Assembly (NCBI GenBank): GCA_030390025.1
Contig: JASTWF010000033.1
Coordinates: 5,954,001-6,018,000, forward strand
Direction: 5' to 3'
Length of the DNA: 64,000 nucleotides
DNA from: Squalus acanthias
Lineage: Eukaryota
A model generated the notes under the pieces. The model did not search any database. It had not been told where the DNA came from and was given only the letters and a program-made list of their open reading frames with translations. Shown here in pieces: positions 24,501 to 38,799 of the stretch. The stretch's first letter is position 1; each line of letters starts with the position of its first letter. A program made the position numbers and the translations under genes.

Positions 24501-27500
24501 CTTTTGTAAATTAACAATTAAATGTAACTTTATTCCCCGGTGCAGAGGATACAGTGAAAAAATTTACAATTAACTGTAACATTATTCCCCGGTGTGGAGG
24601 ATACCATATGTAAATTAACAGTTAACTGTAACTTTCTTCCCCAATATAGAGGACACCATGTGTAAATTAACAATTAACTTAAACTTTCTTCCCCAATATG
24701 GAGGACATCATGTGTAAATTAACAATTAACTTTAATTTTCTTCCCCAATATAGAGGACACCATGTGTAAATTAACAATTAACTTTAACTTTCTTCCCCAA
24801 TATAGAGGACACCATGTGTAAATTAACAATTAACTTTAACTTTCTTCCCCAATATAGAGGACACCATGTGTAAATTAACAATTAACTTTTACTTTATTCC
24901 CAGGTGTAGAGGATACCATGTGTAAATTCACAATTAACGGTAACTTTATTCCTCGGTGTCGGGATTACTATGTGTAAATTAACAATTAACTGTAACTTTA
25001 TTCCTCGGTGTCGGGAATACTATGTGTAAATTAACAATTAACTGTAACTTTATTCACTGCTGTAGAGGATACCATGCGAAAATTTACAATTAACTGTAAC
25101 TTTATTCCCCGGTGCAGAGGATACCATGTGTAAATTAACAGTTAACTGTAACTTTATTCCCCGGTGTAGAGGATACCATGTGTAAATTAACACTTAACTG
25201 TAACTTTATTCACTGCTGTAGAGGATTTCATGTGTAATTTAACAATTAACTGTAATTTAAATCCCTGGTGCAGAGGATATCATGTTTAAATTAACAATTG
25301 ACTGTAACGTTATCCCCCGGTGTAGAGGATACCCTGTTTAAATTAACAATTAACTGTAACTTCATTTCCCGGTGTGGAGAATATCATTTGTAAATTAAGA
25401 ATTAACTGTAACTTTAGTCACTGGTGCGGAGGAAAGCATGTGTAAATTTACAATTAACTGTAACTTTATTAACTGGTGTGGAGGATACAACGTGTAAATT
25501 AACGAATAACTGTAACTTTATTCACTGCTGCAGAGGATACTATGTGTAAATTAACATTTAACTGTGACGTTATTACCTGGTGTAGAGGATACCATGTGTA
25601 AATTAACAATTAACTTTAACTTTATTCACTGCTGTCGAGGATATCTTTTGAAAATTAACAATTAACTGTAACTTTATTCCCCGGTGTAAAGGATACCATT
25701 TGTAAATTAACAATTAACTTTAACTTTATTCACTGCTGTCGAGGATATCTTTTGTAAATTAACAATTAACTGTAACTTTATTCCCCGGTGTAGAGGATAC
25801 CATGTGTAAATTAACAATTAACTGTAACATTATTCACTGCTGTAGAGGATACCATATGTAAATTAACAGTTAACTGTAACGTTATTCCCTGGTGTAAAGG
25901 ATATCAAACGTAAATTAACAATTAACTGTAACTTTCTTCCCCAATATAGTGGACACCATGTGTAAATTAACAATAATCTGTAACTTTATTCCCTGGTGTA
26001 GAGGATACCATGTGTAAATTACGAATTCACTGTAAATTATTCTGCGATGTAGAGGATAACATGTGTAAACTAACAATTAACTGTAACTTTATTTACCGGT
26101 GTAGAGAATACCATGTGTAAATTAACAATTAACTGTAACTTTATTCCACGGTGTAGAGGATACCATGTGTAAATTAACAATTAACTGTAACTTTATTCCC
26201 CGGTGTAGAGGAAACCATGTGTAAATTAACAATTAACTGTAACTTTATTCCCCGGTGTAGAGGATACCATGTGTAAATTAACAATTAACTGTAACTTTAT
26301 TCCCCGGAGTAGAGGATACCATGTGTAAATTAACAGTTAACTGTAACGTTATTCCCAGGTGTAAAGGATATCATGTGTAAATTAACAATAATCTGTAACT
26401 TTATTCCCTGGTGTAGAGGAAACAACGTGTAAATTAACAATTAACTGAAAATTTATTCACTGCCTCAGAGGATACTAAGTGTAAATTAACATTTAACCGT
26501 GACGTTATTCCCTGGTGTAAAGGAAACCATGTGTAAATTAACAATTAACTGTAACTTTATTCCCCGGTGCAGAGGATACCATGTGTAAATTAACAATTAA
26601 CTTTAACTTTATTCACTGCTGTCGAGGATATCTTTTGTAAATTAACAATTAACTGTACCTTTATTCCCCGGTGTAGAGGATACCATGTGTAAATTAACAA
26701 ATAACTGTAACTTTATTCCCCGGTGTGGAGGATACCATGTGTAAATTAACAAATAACTGTAACTTTATTCACTGCTGTAGAGGATTTCATGTGTAATTTA
26801 ACAATTAACTGTAATTTTAATACCTGGTGTGGAGGATATCATGTTTAAATTAACAATTGACTGTAACTTTATCCCCTGGTGTAGAGGATACCATGTTTAA
26901 ATTAACAATTAACTGTAACTTCATTTCCCGGTGTAGAGGATACCATGTGTAAATTAAGAATTAACTGTAACTTTAGTCACTGGTGCGGAGGATACCATGT
27001 GTAAATTAATAATTAACTGTAACTTTATTCCCCGGTGTGGAGGATACAACGTGTAAATTAACAATTAACTGTAACTTTGTTCCCTGGTGTGGTGGATAAC
27101 ATGTGTAAAATTAACAATTAACTTTAACTTTATTCACTGCTGTCGAGTATATCATGTGTAAATTACCAATTAACTGTTACTTAATTCCCCGGTGTAGAGG
27201 ATACAAGGTGTAAAGTAACAATTAACTGTAACTTTATTCCCCGGAGTAGAGGATACAATGTGTAAATTAACGAATATCTGTAACTTTATTCCCCATTGTA
27301 GAGGATAGCATGTGTAAATTAACAAATAACTGTAAATTTATTCACTGGTGTGGACGATACCATGTCTAAATTAACAATTAACAGTAACGTCATTCCCCGG
27401 TGTAGAGGATACAATGTTTAAATTAACAATTAACTGTAACTTTACTCCATGGTGCAGAGTATACCATGTGTAAAAAAACAATTAACTGTAACTTTATTCA

Positions 27501-28996
27501 CTGGTGTAGAGGAAACAACGTGTAAATTAACAATTAACTGAAACTTTATTCACTGCCTCAGAGGATACCATGTGTAAATTAACAATTAACTGTAACTTTA
27601 TTCCCTGGTGTAGAGGATACTATGTGTAAATTATCATTTAACTGTGACGTTATTCCCTGGTGTAGAGGATACCATGTGTAAATTAACAATTAACTTTAAC
27701 TTTATTCACTGCTGTCGAGGATATCTTTTGTAAATTAACAATTAACTGTAACTTTATTCACTGGTTTGGACGATACCATGTCTAAATTAACAATTAACTG
27801 TAACGTTATTCCCCGGTGTAGAGGATATCATGTGTAAATTAACAATTAACTGTAACTTTATTAAATTTTGCAGAGGTTACCATGTGTAAATTAATAATTA
27901 ACTGTAACATTATTCCCCGGTGTAGAGGATACCATGTGTAAATTAACAATTAACTGCACCAATATTCCCCGGTGTCGAGGTTACAATGTGTAAATTAACA
28001 GTTAACTGTAACATTATTCCCCGGTGAAAAGGATCCTATGTTTAATTTAACAATTAAAGGTAACTTTATTCCCCGGAGTAGAGGATACAATGTGTAAATT
28101 CACGAATATCTGCAACTTTGTTCCCCGTTGTAGAGGATAGCATGTGTAAATTAACAATTAACTGTAACTTTATTCACTGGTTTGGACGATACCATGTCTA
28201 AATTAACAATTAACTGTAACATCATTCCCCGGTGTAAAGGATACCATGTGTCAATTAACAATTACCTTTAAATTTATTCACTGCTGTTGAGGATATCTTT
28301 TGTAAATTAACAATTAAATGTAACTTTATTCCCTGGTGCAGAGGATACCGTTAAATAATTTACAATTAACTGTAACATTATTCCCCGGTGTGGAGGATAC
28401 CATATGTAAATTAACAGTTAACTGTAACTTTCTTCCCCAATATAGAGGACACCATGTGTAAATTAACAATTAAGTTTAACTTTCTTCCCCAATACAGAGG
28501 ACACCATGTGTAAATTAAGAATTAAGTTTAACTTTATTCCCCTGTGTAGAGGATACCATGTGTAAATTAACAATTAACTGTAACTTTATTCACTGCTGCA
28601 GAGGATACCATGTGTAAATTGAAAATTAACAGTAACTTTGTTTCTTGGGTGTAGAGGATAACATGTGTAATTTAACAATTAACGGTAACTTTATTCCTTG
28701 GTGTCGGGATTACTATGTGTAAATTATCAATTAACTGTAACTTTATTCACTGCTGTAGAGGATACCAGGTGTAAATTAACAATTAACTGTAACTTTATTC
28801 CCCGGTACAGAGGATAACATGTGTAAAAAAAAAAAATTAACTGTAACTTTATTCACTGGTGTAGAGGAAAAAACGTGTAAATTAACAATTAACTGAAACT
28901 TTATTCACTGCCTCAGAGGATACTATGTGTAAATTAACATGTAACTGTGACGTTATTCCCTGGTATAAAGGATCCCACGTGTAAATTAACAATTAA

Positions 28997-29426
28997 TTCA
29001 TGGGCAACACGGTGGCATAGTGGTTAGCACTGGTGCCTCACAGCGCCAGGGACCCGGGTTCGAATCTGACCTCGGGTGACTGTCTGTGTGGAGTTTGCAC
29101 ATTCTCCCCGTGTCTGCGTGGGTTTCCTCCGGGTGCTCCGGTTTCCTCCCACAGTCCAAAAATGTGCGGGTTAGGTTGATTTGGCTATGATAAATTGACA
29201 CTTAGTGTTAGGGGGGGATTAAATATGTGGGGTTATGGGGATAGGATGGGATATGTTAGCGGGAATTAAATACGTGGGGTTACGGGGGTAGGGTGGGATA
29301 TGTGTACTGTGGGGATTAAAGCAGGGACAGGGTACTGGACTTGGATGATCAGCCATGATCGTATTGAATGGTGGAGCAGGCTCGAATGGCCTACTCCTGC
29401 TCCTAGATTCTATGTTTCTATGTTTT
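28997..29426 (+). mobile_element. V-SINE (HE1-like), copy 2, duplicated together with its satellite flanks
   Basis: Identical by eye to 12128-12557 at offset 16869, with the same flanking monomer variants. Confidence 0.92.
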
Positions 29427-32400
29427 TTAACTGTAACTTTATTCCCCGGTGCAGAGGATACCATGTGTAAATTAACAATTAACTTTAACTTTATTCACTG
29501 CTGTCGAGGATATCTTTTGTAAATTAACAATTAACTGTACCTTTATTCCCCGGTGTAGAGGATACCATGTGTAAATTATCAAATAACTGTAACTTTTTTC
29601 CCCGGTGTGGAGGATACCATGTGTAAATTAACAAATAACTGTAACTTTATTCCCCGGTGTGGAGGATACCATGTGTAAATTAACAAATAACTGTAACTTT
29701 ATTCCCCGGTGTGGAGGATACCATGTTTAAATTAACAAATAACTGTAACTTTATTCCCCGGTGTGGAGGATACCATGTGTAAATTAACAAATAACTGTAA
29801 CTTTATTCACTGCTGTAGAGGATTTCATGTTTAAATTAACAATTGAATGTAACTTCATTTCCCGCTGTAGAGGATACCATGTGTAATTTAACAATTAACT
29901 GTAATTTTAATACCTGGTGTAGAGGATATCATGTTTAAATTAACAATTGACTGTAACTTTATCCCCTGGTGTAGAGGATATCATGTTTAAATTAACAATT
30001 GAATGTAACTTCATTTCCCGCTGTAGAGGATACCATGTGTAAATTAAGAATTAACTGTAACTTTGTTCCCTGGTGTGGTGGATAACATGTGTAAAATTAA
30101 CAATTAACTGTAACTTTATTCACTGCTGTCGAGTATATCATGTGTAAATTACCAATTAACTGTAACTTAATTCCCCGGTGTAGAGGAAACCATGTGTAAA
30201 TTAACAATTAACTGTAAATTTATTTCGGGGTGTGGTGGACACCATGTGTAAATTACCAATTAACTGTACCTTTATTCCCCGGTGTAGAGGATACCATGTG
30301 TAAAATTAAAATTAAATGTACCTTTATTCCACGGTGTAGAGGATACCATGTGTAAATTAACAATGAACTGTTACTTTATTCCCCGGTGTGGTGGATACCA
30401 TGTGTAAATTACCAATTAACTGTTACTTAATTCCCCGGTGTAGAGGATACAAGGTGTAAAGTAACAATTAACTGTAACTTTATTCCCCGGAGTAGAGGAT
30501 ACAATGTGTAAATTAACGAATATCTGTAACTTTATTCCCCATTGTAGAGGATAGCATGTGTAAATTAACAAATAACTGTAACTTTATTCACTGGTGTGGA
30601 CGATACCATGTCTAAATTAACAATTAACAGTAACGTCATTCCCCGGTGTAGAGGATACAATGTTTAAATTAACAATTAACTGTAACTTTACTCCATGGTG
30701 CAGAGTATACCATGTGTAAAAAAACAATTAACTGTAACTTTATTCACTGGTGTAGAGGAAACAATGTGTAAATTAACAATTAACTGAAACTTTATTCACT
30801 GCCTCAGAGGATACCATGTGTAAATTAACAATTAACTGTAACTTTATTCCCTGGTGTAGAGGATACTATGTGTAAATTATCATTTAACTGTGACGTTATT
30901 CCCTGGTGTAGAGGATACCATGTGTAAATTAACAATTAACTTTAACTTTATTCACTGCTGTCGAGGATATCTTTTGTAAATTAACAATTAACTGTAACTT
31001 TATTCACTGGTTTGGACGATACCATGTCTAAATTAACAATTAACTGTAACGTTATTCCCCGGTGTAGAGGATATCATGTGTAAATTAACAATTAACTGTA
31101 ACTTTATTAAATTTTGCAGAGGTTACCATGTGTAAATTAATAATTAACTGTAACATTATTCCCCGGTGTAGAGGATACCATGTGTAAATTAACAATTAAC
31201 TGCACCAATATTCCCCGGTGTCGAGGTTACAATGTGTAAATTAACAGTTAACTGTAACATTATTCCCCGGTGAAAAGGATCCTATGTTTAATTTAACAAT
31301 TAAAGGTAACTTTATTCCCCGGAGTAGAGGATACAATGTGTAAATTCACGAATATCTGCAACTTTGTTCCCCGTTGTAGAGGATAGCATGTGTAAATTAA
31401 CAATTAACTGTAACTTTATTCACTGCTGTCGAGTATATCATGTGTAAATTACCAATTAACTGTAACTTAATTCCCCGGTGTAGAGGAAACCATGTGTAAA
31501 TTAACAATTAACTGTAAATTTATTTCGGGGTGTGGTGGACACCATGTGTAAATTACCAATTAACTGTACCTTTATTCCCCGGTGTAGAGGATACCATGTG
31601 TAAAATTAAAATTAAATGTACCTTTATTCCCCGGTGTAGAGGATACCATGTGTAAATTAACAATGCACTGTTACTTTATTCCCCGGTGTGGTGGATACCA
31701 TGTGTAAATTAACAATTAACTGTAAATTTATTCCCCGGAGTAGAGGATACAATGTGTAAATTAACGAATATCTGTAACTTTATTCCCCATTGTAGAGGAT
31801 AGCATGTGTAAATTAACAATTAACTGTAACTTTATTCACTGGTGTGGACGATACCATGTCTAAATTAAGAATTAACAGTAACGTCATTCCCCGGTGTAGA
31901 GGATACAATGTTTAAATTCACAATTAACTGTAACTTTATTCCACGGTGCAGAGGATACCATGTGTAAAAAAACAATTAACTGTAACTTTATTCACTGGTG
32001 TAGAGGAAACAATGTGTAAATTAACAATTAACTGAAACTTTATTCACTGCCTCAGAGGATACCATGTGTAAATTAACAATTAACTGTAACTTTATTCCCC
32101 GGTGTGGAGGATACCATGTGTAAATTAACAATTAACTGTAACTTTATTCACTGCTGTAGAGGATATCTTTTGTAAATTAACAATTAACTGTAACTTAATT
32201 CCCCGGTGCAGAGGATACCATGTGTAAATTATCAATTAACTATACCGTTATTCCCCGGTGTAGAGGTTACAAGATGTAAAGTAACAATTAACTGTAACTT
32301 TATTCCCCGGTGTGGAGGATACCATATGTAAATTAACAGTTAACTGTAACGTTATTCCCCGGTGTAGAGGATATCATGCGTAAATTAACAATTAACTGCA

Positions 32401-35400
32401 CCTTTATTCCCCGGTGCAGAGGTTACAATGTGTAAATTAACAGTTAACTGTAACATTATTCACTGGTGAAATGGATCCTATGTTTAATTTAACAATTAAA
32501 GGTAACTTTATTCCCCGTTGTAGGGGATAGCATGTGTAAATTAACAATTAACTGTAACTTTATTCACTGGTGTGGACGATACCATGTCTAAATTAACAAT
32601 TAACTGTAACATCATTCCCCGGTGTAGAGGATACAACATGTAAATTAACAATTACCTTTAAATTTTTTCACTGCTGTCGAGGGTATCTTTTGTAAATTAA
32701 CAATTAAATGTAACTTTATTCCCCGGTGCAGAGGATACAGTGAAAAAATTTACAATTAACTGTAACATTATTCCCCGGTGTGGAGGATACCATATGTAAA
32801 TTAACAGTTAACTGTAACTTTCTTCCCCAATATAGAGGACACCATGTGTAAATTAACAATTAACTTAAACTTTCTTCCCCAATATAGAGGACATCATGTG
32901 TAAATTAACAATTAACTTTAATTTTCTTCCCCAATATAGAGGACACCATGTGTAAATTAACAATTAACTTTAACTTTCTTCCCCAATATAGAGGACACCA
33001 TGTGTAAATTAACAATTAACTTTAACTTTCTTCCCCAATATAGAGGACACCATGTGTAAATTAACAATTAACTTTTACTTTATTCCCAGGTGTAGAGGAT
33101 ACCATGTGTAAATTCACAATTAACGGTAACTTTATTCCTCGGTGTCGGGATTACTATGTGTACATTAACAATTAACTGTAACTTTATTCCTCGGTGTCGG
33201 GAATACTATGTGTAAATTAACAATTAACTGTAACTTTATTCACTGCTGTAGAGGATACCATGCGAAAATTTACAATTAACTGTAACTTTATTCCCCGGTG
33301 CAGAGGATACCATGTGTAAATTAACAGTTAACTGTAACTTAATTCCCCGGTGTAGAGGAAACCATGTGTAAATTAACATTTAACTGTAAATTTATTTCGG
33401 GGTGTGGTGGACACCATGTGTAAATTACCAATTAACTGTACCTTTATTCCCCGGTGTAGAGGATACCATGTGTAAAATTAAAATTAAATGTACCTTTATT
33501 CCCCGGTGTAGAGGATACCATGTGTAAATTAACAATGCACTGTTACTTTATTCCCCGGTGTGGTGGATACCATGTGTAAATTAACAATTAACTGGACCTT
33601 TATTTGCCGGTGTAGAGGTTACAAGGTGTAAAGTAACAATTAACTGTAAATTTATTCCCCGGAGTAGAGGATACAATGTGTAAATTAACGAATATCTGTA
33701 ACTTTATTCCCCATTGTAGAGGATAGCATGTGTAAATTAACAATTAACTGTAACTTTATTCACTGGTGTGGACGATACCATGTCTAAATTAAGAATTAAC
33801 AGTAACGTCATTCCCCGGTGTAGAGGATACAATGTTTAAATTCACAATTAACTGTAACTTTATTCCACGGTGCAGAGGATACCATGTGTAAAAAAACAAT
33901 TAACTGTAACTTTATTCACTGGTGTAGAGGAAACAATGTGTAAATTAACAATTAACTGAAACTTTATTCACTGCCTCAGAGGATACCATGTGTAAATTAA
34001 CAATTAACTGTAACTTTATTCCCCGGTGTGGAGGATACCATGTGTAAATTAACAATTAACTGTAACTTTATTCACTGCTGTAGAGGATATCTTTTGTAAA
34101 TTAACAATTAACTGTAACTTTATTCCCCGGTGTGGAGGATACCATATGTAAATTAACAGTTAACTGTAACGTTATTCCCCGGTGTAGAGGATATCATGCG
34201 TAAATTAACAATTAACTGCACCTTTATTCCCCGGTGCAGAGGTTACAATGTGTAAATTAACAGTTAACTGTAACATTATTCACTGGTGAAAAGGATCCTA
34301 TGTTTAATTTAACAATTAAAGGTAACTTTATTCCCCGTTGTAGGGGATAGCATGTGTAAATTAACAATTAACTGTAACTTTATTCACTGGTGTGGACGAT
34401 ACCATGTCTAAATTAACAATTAACTGTAACATCATTCCCCGGTGTAGAGGATACAACGTGTAAATTAACAATTACCTTTAAATGTTTTCACTGCTGTCGA
34501 GGGTATCTTTTGTAAATTAACAATTAAATGTAACTTTATTCCCCGGTGCAGAGGATACAGTGAAAAAATTTACAATTAACTGTAACATTATTCCCCGGTG
34601 TGGAGGATACCATATGTAAATTAACAGTTAACTGTAACTTTCTTCCCCAATATAGAGGACACCATGTGTAAATTAACAATTAACTTAAACTTTCTTCCCC
34701 AATATAGAGGACATCATGTGTAAATTAACAATTAACTTTAATTTTCTTCCCCAATATAGAGGACACCATGAGTAAATTAACAATTAACTTTAACTTTCTT
34801 CCCCAATATAGAGGACACCATGTGTAAATTAACAATTAACTTTAACTTTCTTCCCCAATATAGAGGACACCATGTGTAAATTAACAATTAACTTTTACTT
34901 TATTCCCAGGTGTAGAGGATACCATGTGTAAATTCACAATTAACGGTAACTTTATTCCTCGGTGTCGGGATTACTATGTGTAAATTAACAATTAACTGTA
35001 ACTTTATTCCTCGGTGTCGGGAATACTATGTGTAAATTAACACTTAACTGTAACTTTATTCACTGCTGTAGAGGATTTCATGTGTAATTTAACAATTAAC
35101 TGTAATTTAAATCCCTGGTGCAGAGGATATCATGTTTAAATTAACAATTGACTGTAACGTTATCCCCCGGTGTAGAGGATACCCTGTTTAAATTAACAAT
35201 TAACTGTAACTTCATTTCCCGGTGTGGAGAATATCATTTGTAAATTAAGAATTAACTGTAACTTTAGTCACTGGTGCGGAGGAAAGCATGTGTAAATTTA
35301 CAATTAACTGTAACTTTATTAACTGGTGTGGAGGATACAACGTGTAAATTAACGAATAACTGTAACTTTATTCACTGCTGCAGAGGATACTATGTGTAAA

Positions 35401-38400
35401 TTAACATTTAACTGTGACGTTATTACCTGGTGAAAAGGATACCATGTGTAAATTAACAATTAACTTTAACTTTATTCACTGCTGTCGAGGATATCTTTTG
35501 AAAATTAACAATTAACTGTAACTTTATTCCCCGGTGTAAAGGATACCATTTGTAAATTAACAATTAACTTTAACTTTATTCACTGCTGTCGAGGATATCT
35601 TTTGTAAATTAACAATTAACTGTAACTTTATTCCCCGGTGTCGGGAATACTATGTGTAAATTAACAATTAACTGTAACATTATTCACTGCTGTAGAGGAT
35701 ACCATATGTAAATTAACAGTTAACTGTAACGTTATTCCCTGGTGTAAAGGATATCATGCGTAAATTAACAATTAACTGTAACTTTCTTCCCCAATATAGT
35801 GGACACCATGTGTAAATTAACAATAATCTGTAACTTTATTCCCTGGTGTAGAGGATACCATGTGTAAATTACGAATTCACTGTAAATTATTCCGCGATGT
35901 AGAGGATAACATGTGTAAACTAACAATTAACTGTAACTTTATTTACCGGTGTAGAGAATACCATGTGTAAATTAACAATTAACTGTAACTTTATTCCACG
36001 GTGTAGAGGATACCATGTGTAAATTAACAATTAACTGTAACTTTATTCCCCGGTGTAGAGGATACCATGTGTAAATTAAGAATTAACTGTAACTTTAGTC
36101 ACTGGTGCGGAGGATACCATGTGTAAATTAACAATTAACTGTAACTTTATTCCCCGGTGTGGAGGATACAACGTGTAAATTAACAATTAACTGTAACTTT
36201 GTTCCCTGGTGTGGTGGATAACATGTGTAAAATTAACAATTAACTGTAACTTTATTCACTGCTGTCGAGTATATCATGTGTAAATTACCAATTAACTGTA
36301 ACTTAATTCCCCGGTGTAGAGGAAACCATGTGTAAATTAACAATTAACTGTAAATTTATTTCGGGGTGTGGTGGACACCATGTGTAAATTACCAATTAAC
36401 TGTACCTTTATTCCCCGGTGTAGAGGATACCATGTGTAAAATTAAAATTAAATGTACCTTTATTCCCCGGTGTAGAGGATACCATGTGTAAATTAAAAAT
36501 GAACTGTTACTTTATTCCCCTGGTGTGGTGGATACCATGTGTAAATTAACAATTAACTGGACCTTTATTCCCCGGTGTAGAGGTTACAAGGTATAAAGTA
36601 ACAATTAACTGTAAATTTATTCCCCGGAGTAGAGGATACAATGTGTAAATTAACGAATATCTGTAACTTTATTCCCCATTGTAGAGGATAGCATGTGTAA
36701 ATTAACAATTAACTGTAACTTTATTCACTGGTGTGGACGATACCATGTCTAAATTAAGAATTAACAGTAACGTCATTCCCCGGTGTAGAGGATACAATGT
36801 TTAAATTCACAATTAACTGTAACTTTATTCCACGGTGCAGAGGATACCATGTGTAAAAAAACAATTAACTGTAACTTTATTCACTGGTGTAGAGGAAACA
36901 ATGTGTAAATTAACAATTAACTGAAACTTTATTCACTGCCTCAGAGGATACCATGTGTAAATTAACAATTAACTGTAACTTTATTCCCCGGTGTGGAGGA
37001 TACCATGTGTAAATTAACAATTAACTGTAACTTTATTCACTGCTGTAGAGGATATCTTTTGTAAATTAACAATTAACTGTAACTTTATTCCCCGGTGTGG
37101 AGGATACCATATGTAAATTAACAGTTAACTGTAACGTTATTCCCCGGTGTAGAGGATATCATGCGTAAATTAACAATTAACTGCACCTTTATTCCCCGGT
37201 GCAGAGGTTACAATGTGTAAATTAACAGTTAACTGTAACATTATTCACTGGTGAAAAGGATCCTATGTTTAATTTAACAATTAAAGGTAACTTTATTCCC
37301 CGTTGTAGGGGATAGCATGTGTAAATTAACAATTAACTGTAACTTTTTTCACTGGTGTGGACGATACCATGTCTAAATTAACAATTAACTGTAACATCAT
37401 TCCCCGGTGTAGAGGATACAACGTGTAAATTAACAATTACCTTTAAATTTTTTCACTGCTGTCGAGGGTATCTTTTGTAAATTAACAATTAAATGTAACT
37501 TTATTCCCCGGTGCAGAGGATACAGTGAAAAAATTTACAATTAACTGTAACATTATTCCCCGGTGTGGAGGATACCATATGTAAATTAACAGTTAACTGT
37601 AACTTTCTTCCCCAATATAGAGGACACCATGTGTAAATTAACAATTAACTTAAACTTTCTTCCCCAATATGGAGGACATCATGTGTAAATTAACAATTAA
37701 CTTTAATTTTCTTCCCCAATATAGAGGACACCATGTGTAAATTAACAATTAACTTTAACTTTCTTCCCCAATATAGAGGACACCATGTGTAAATTAACAA
37801 TTAACTTTAACTTTCTTCCCCAATATAGAGGACACCATGTGTAAATTAACAATTAACTTTTACTTTATTCCCAGGTGTAGAGGATACCATGTGTAAATTC
37901 ACAATTAACGGTAACTTTATTCCTCGGTGTCGGGATTACTATGTGTAAATTAACAATTAACTGTAACTTTATTCCTCGGTGTCGGGAATACTATGTGTAA
38001 ATTAACAATTAACTGTAACTTTATTCACTGCTGTAGAGGATACCATGCGAAAATTTACAATTAACTGTAACTTTATTCCCCGGTGCAGAGGATACCATGT
38101 GTAAATTAACAGTTAACTGTAACTTTATTCCCCGGTGTAGAGGATACCATGTGTAAATTAACACTTAACTGTAACTTTATTCACTGCTGTAGAGGATTTC
38201 ATGTGTAATTTAACAATTAACTGTAATTTAAATCCCTGGTGCAGAGGATATCATGTTTAAATTAACAATTGACTGTAACGTTATCCCCCGGTGTAGAGGA
38301 TACCCTGTTTAAATTAACAATTAACTGTAACTTCATTTCCCGGTGTGGAGAATATCATTTGTAAATTAAGAATTAACTGTAACTTTAGTCACTGGTGCGG

Positions 38401-38799
38401 AGGAAAGCATGTGTAAATTTACAATTAACTGTAACTTTATTAACTGGTGTGGAGGATACAACGTGTAAATTAACGAATAACTGTAACTTTATTCACTGCT
38501 GCAGAGGATACTATGTGTAAATTAACATTTAACTGTGACGTTATTACCTGGTGTAGAGGATACCATGTGTAAATTAACATTTAACTGTGACGTTATTACC
38601 TGGTGTAGAGGATACCATGTGTAAATTAACAATTAACTTTAACTTTATTCACTGCTGTCGAGGATATCTTTTGAAAATTAACAATTAACTGTAACTTTAT
38701 TCCCCGGTGTAAAGGATACCATTTGTAAATTAACAATTAACTTTAACTTTATTCACTGCTGTCGAGGATATCTTTTGTAAATTAACAATTAACTGTAAC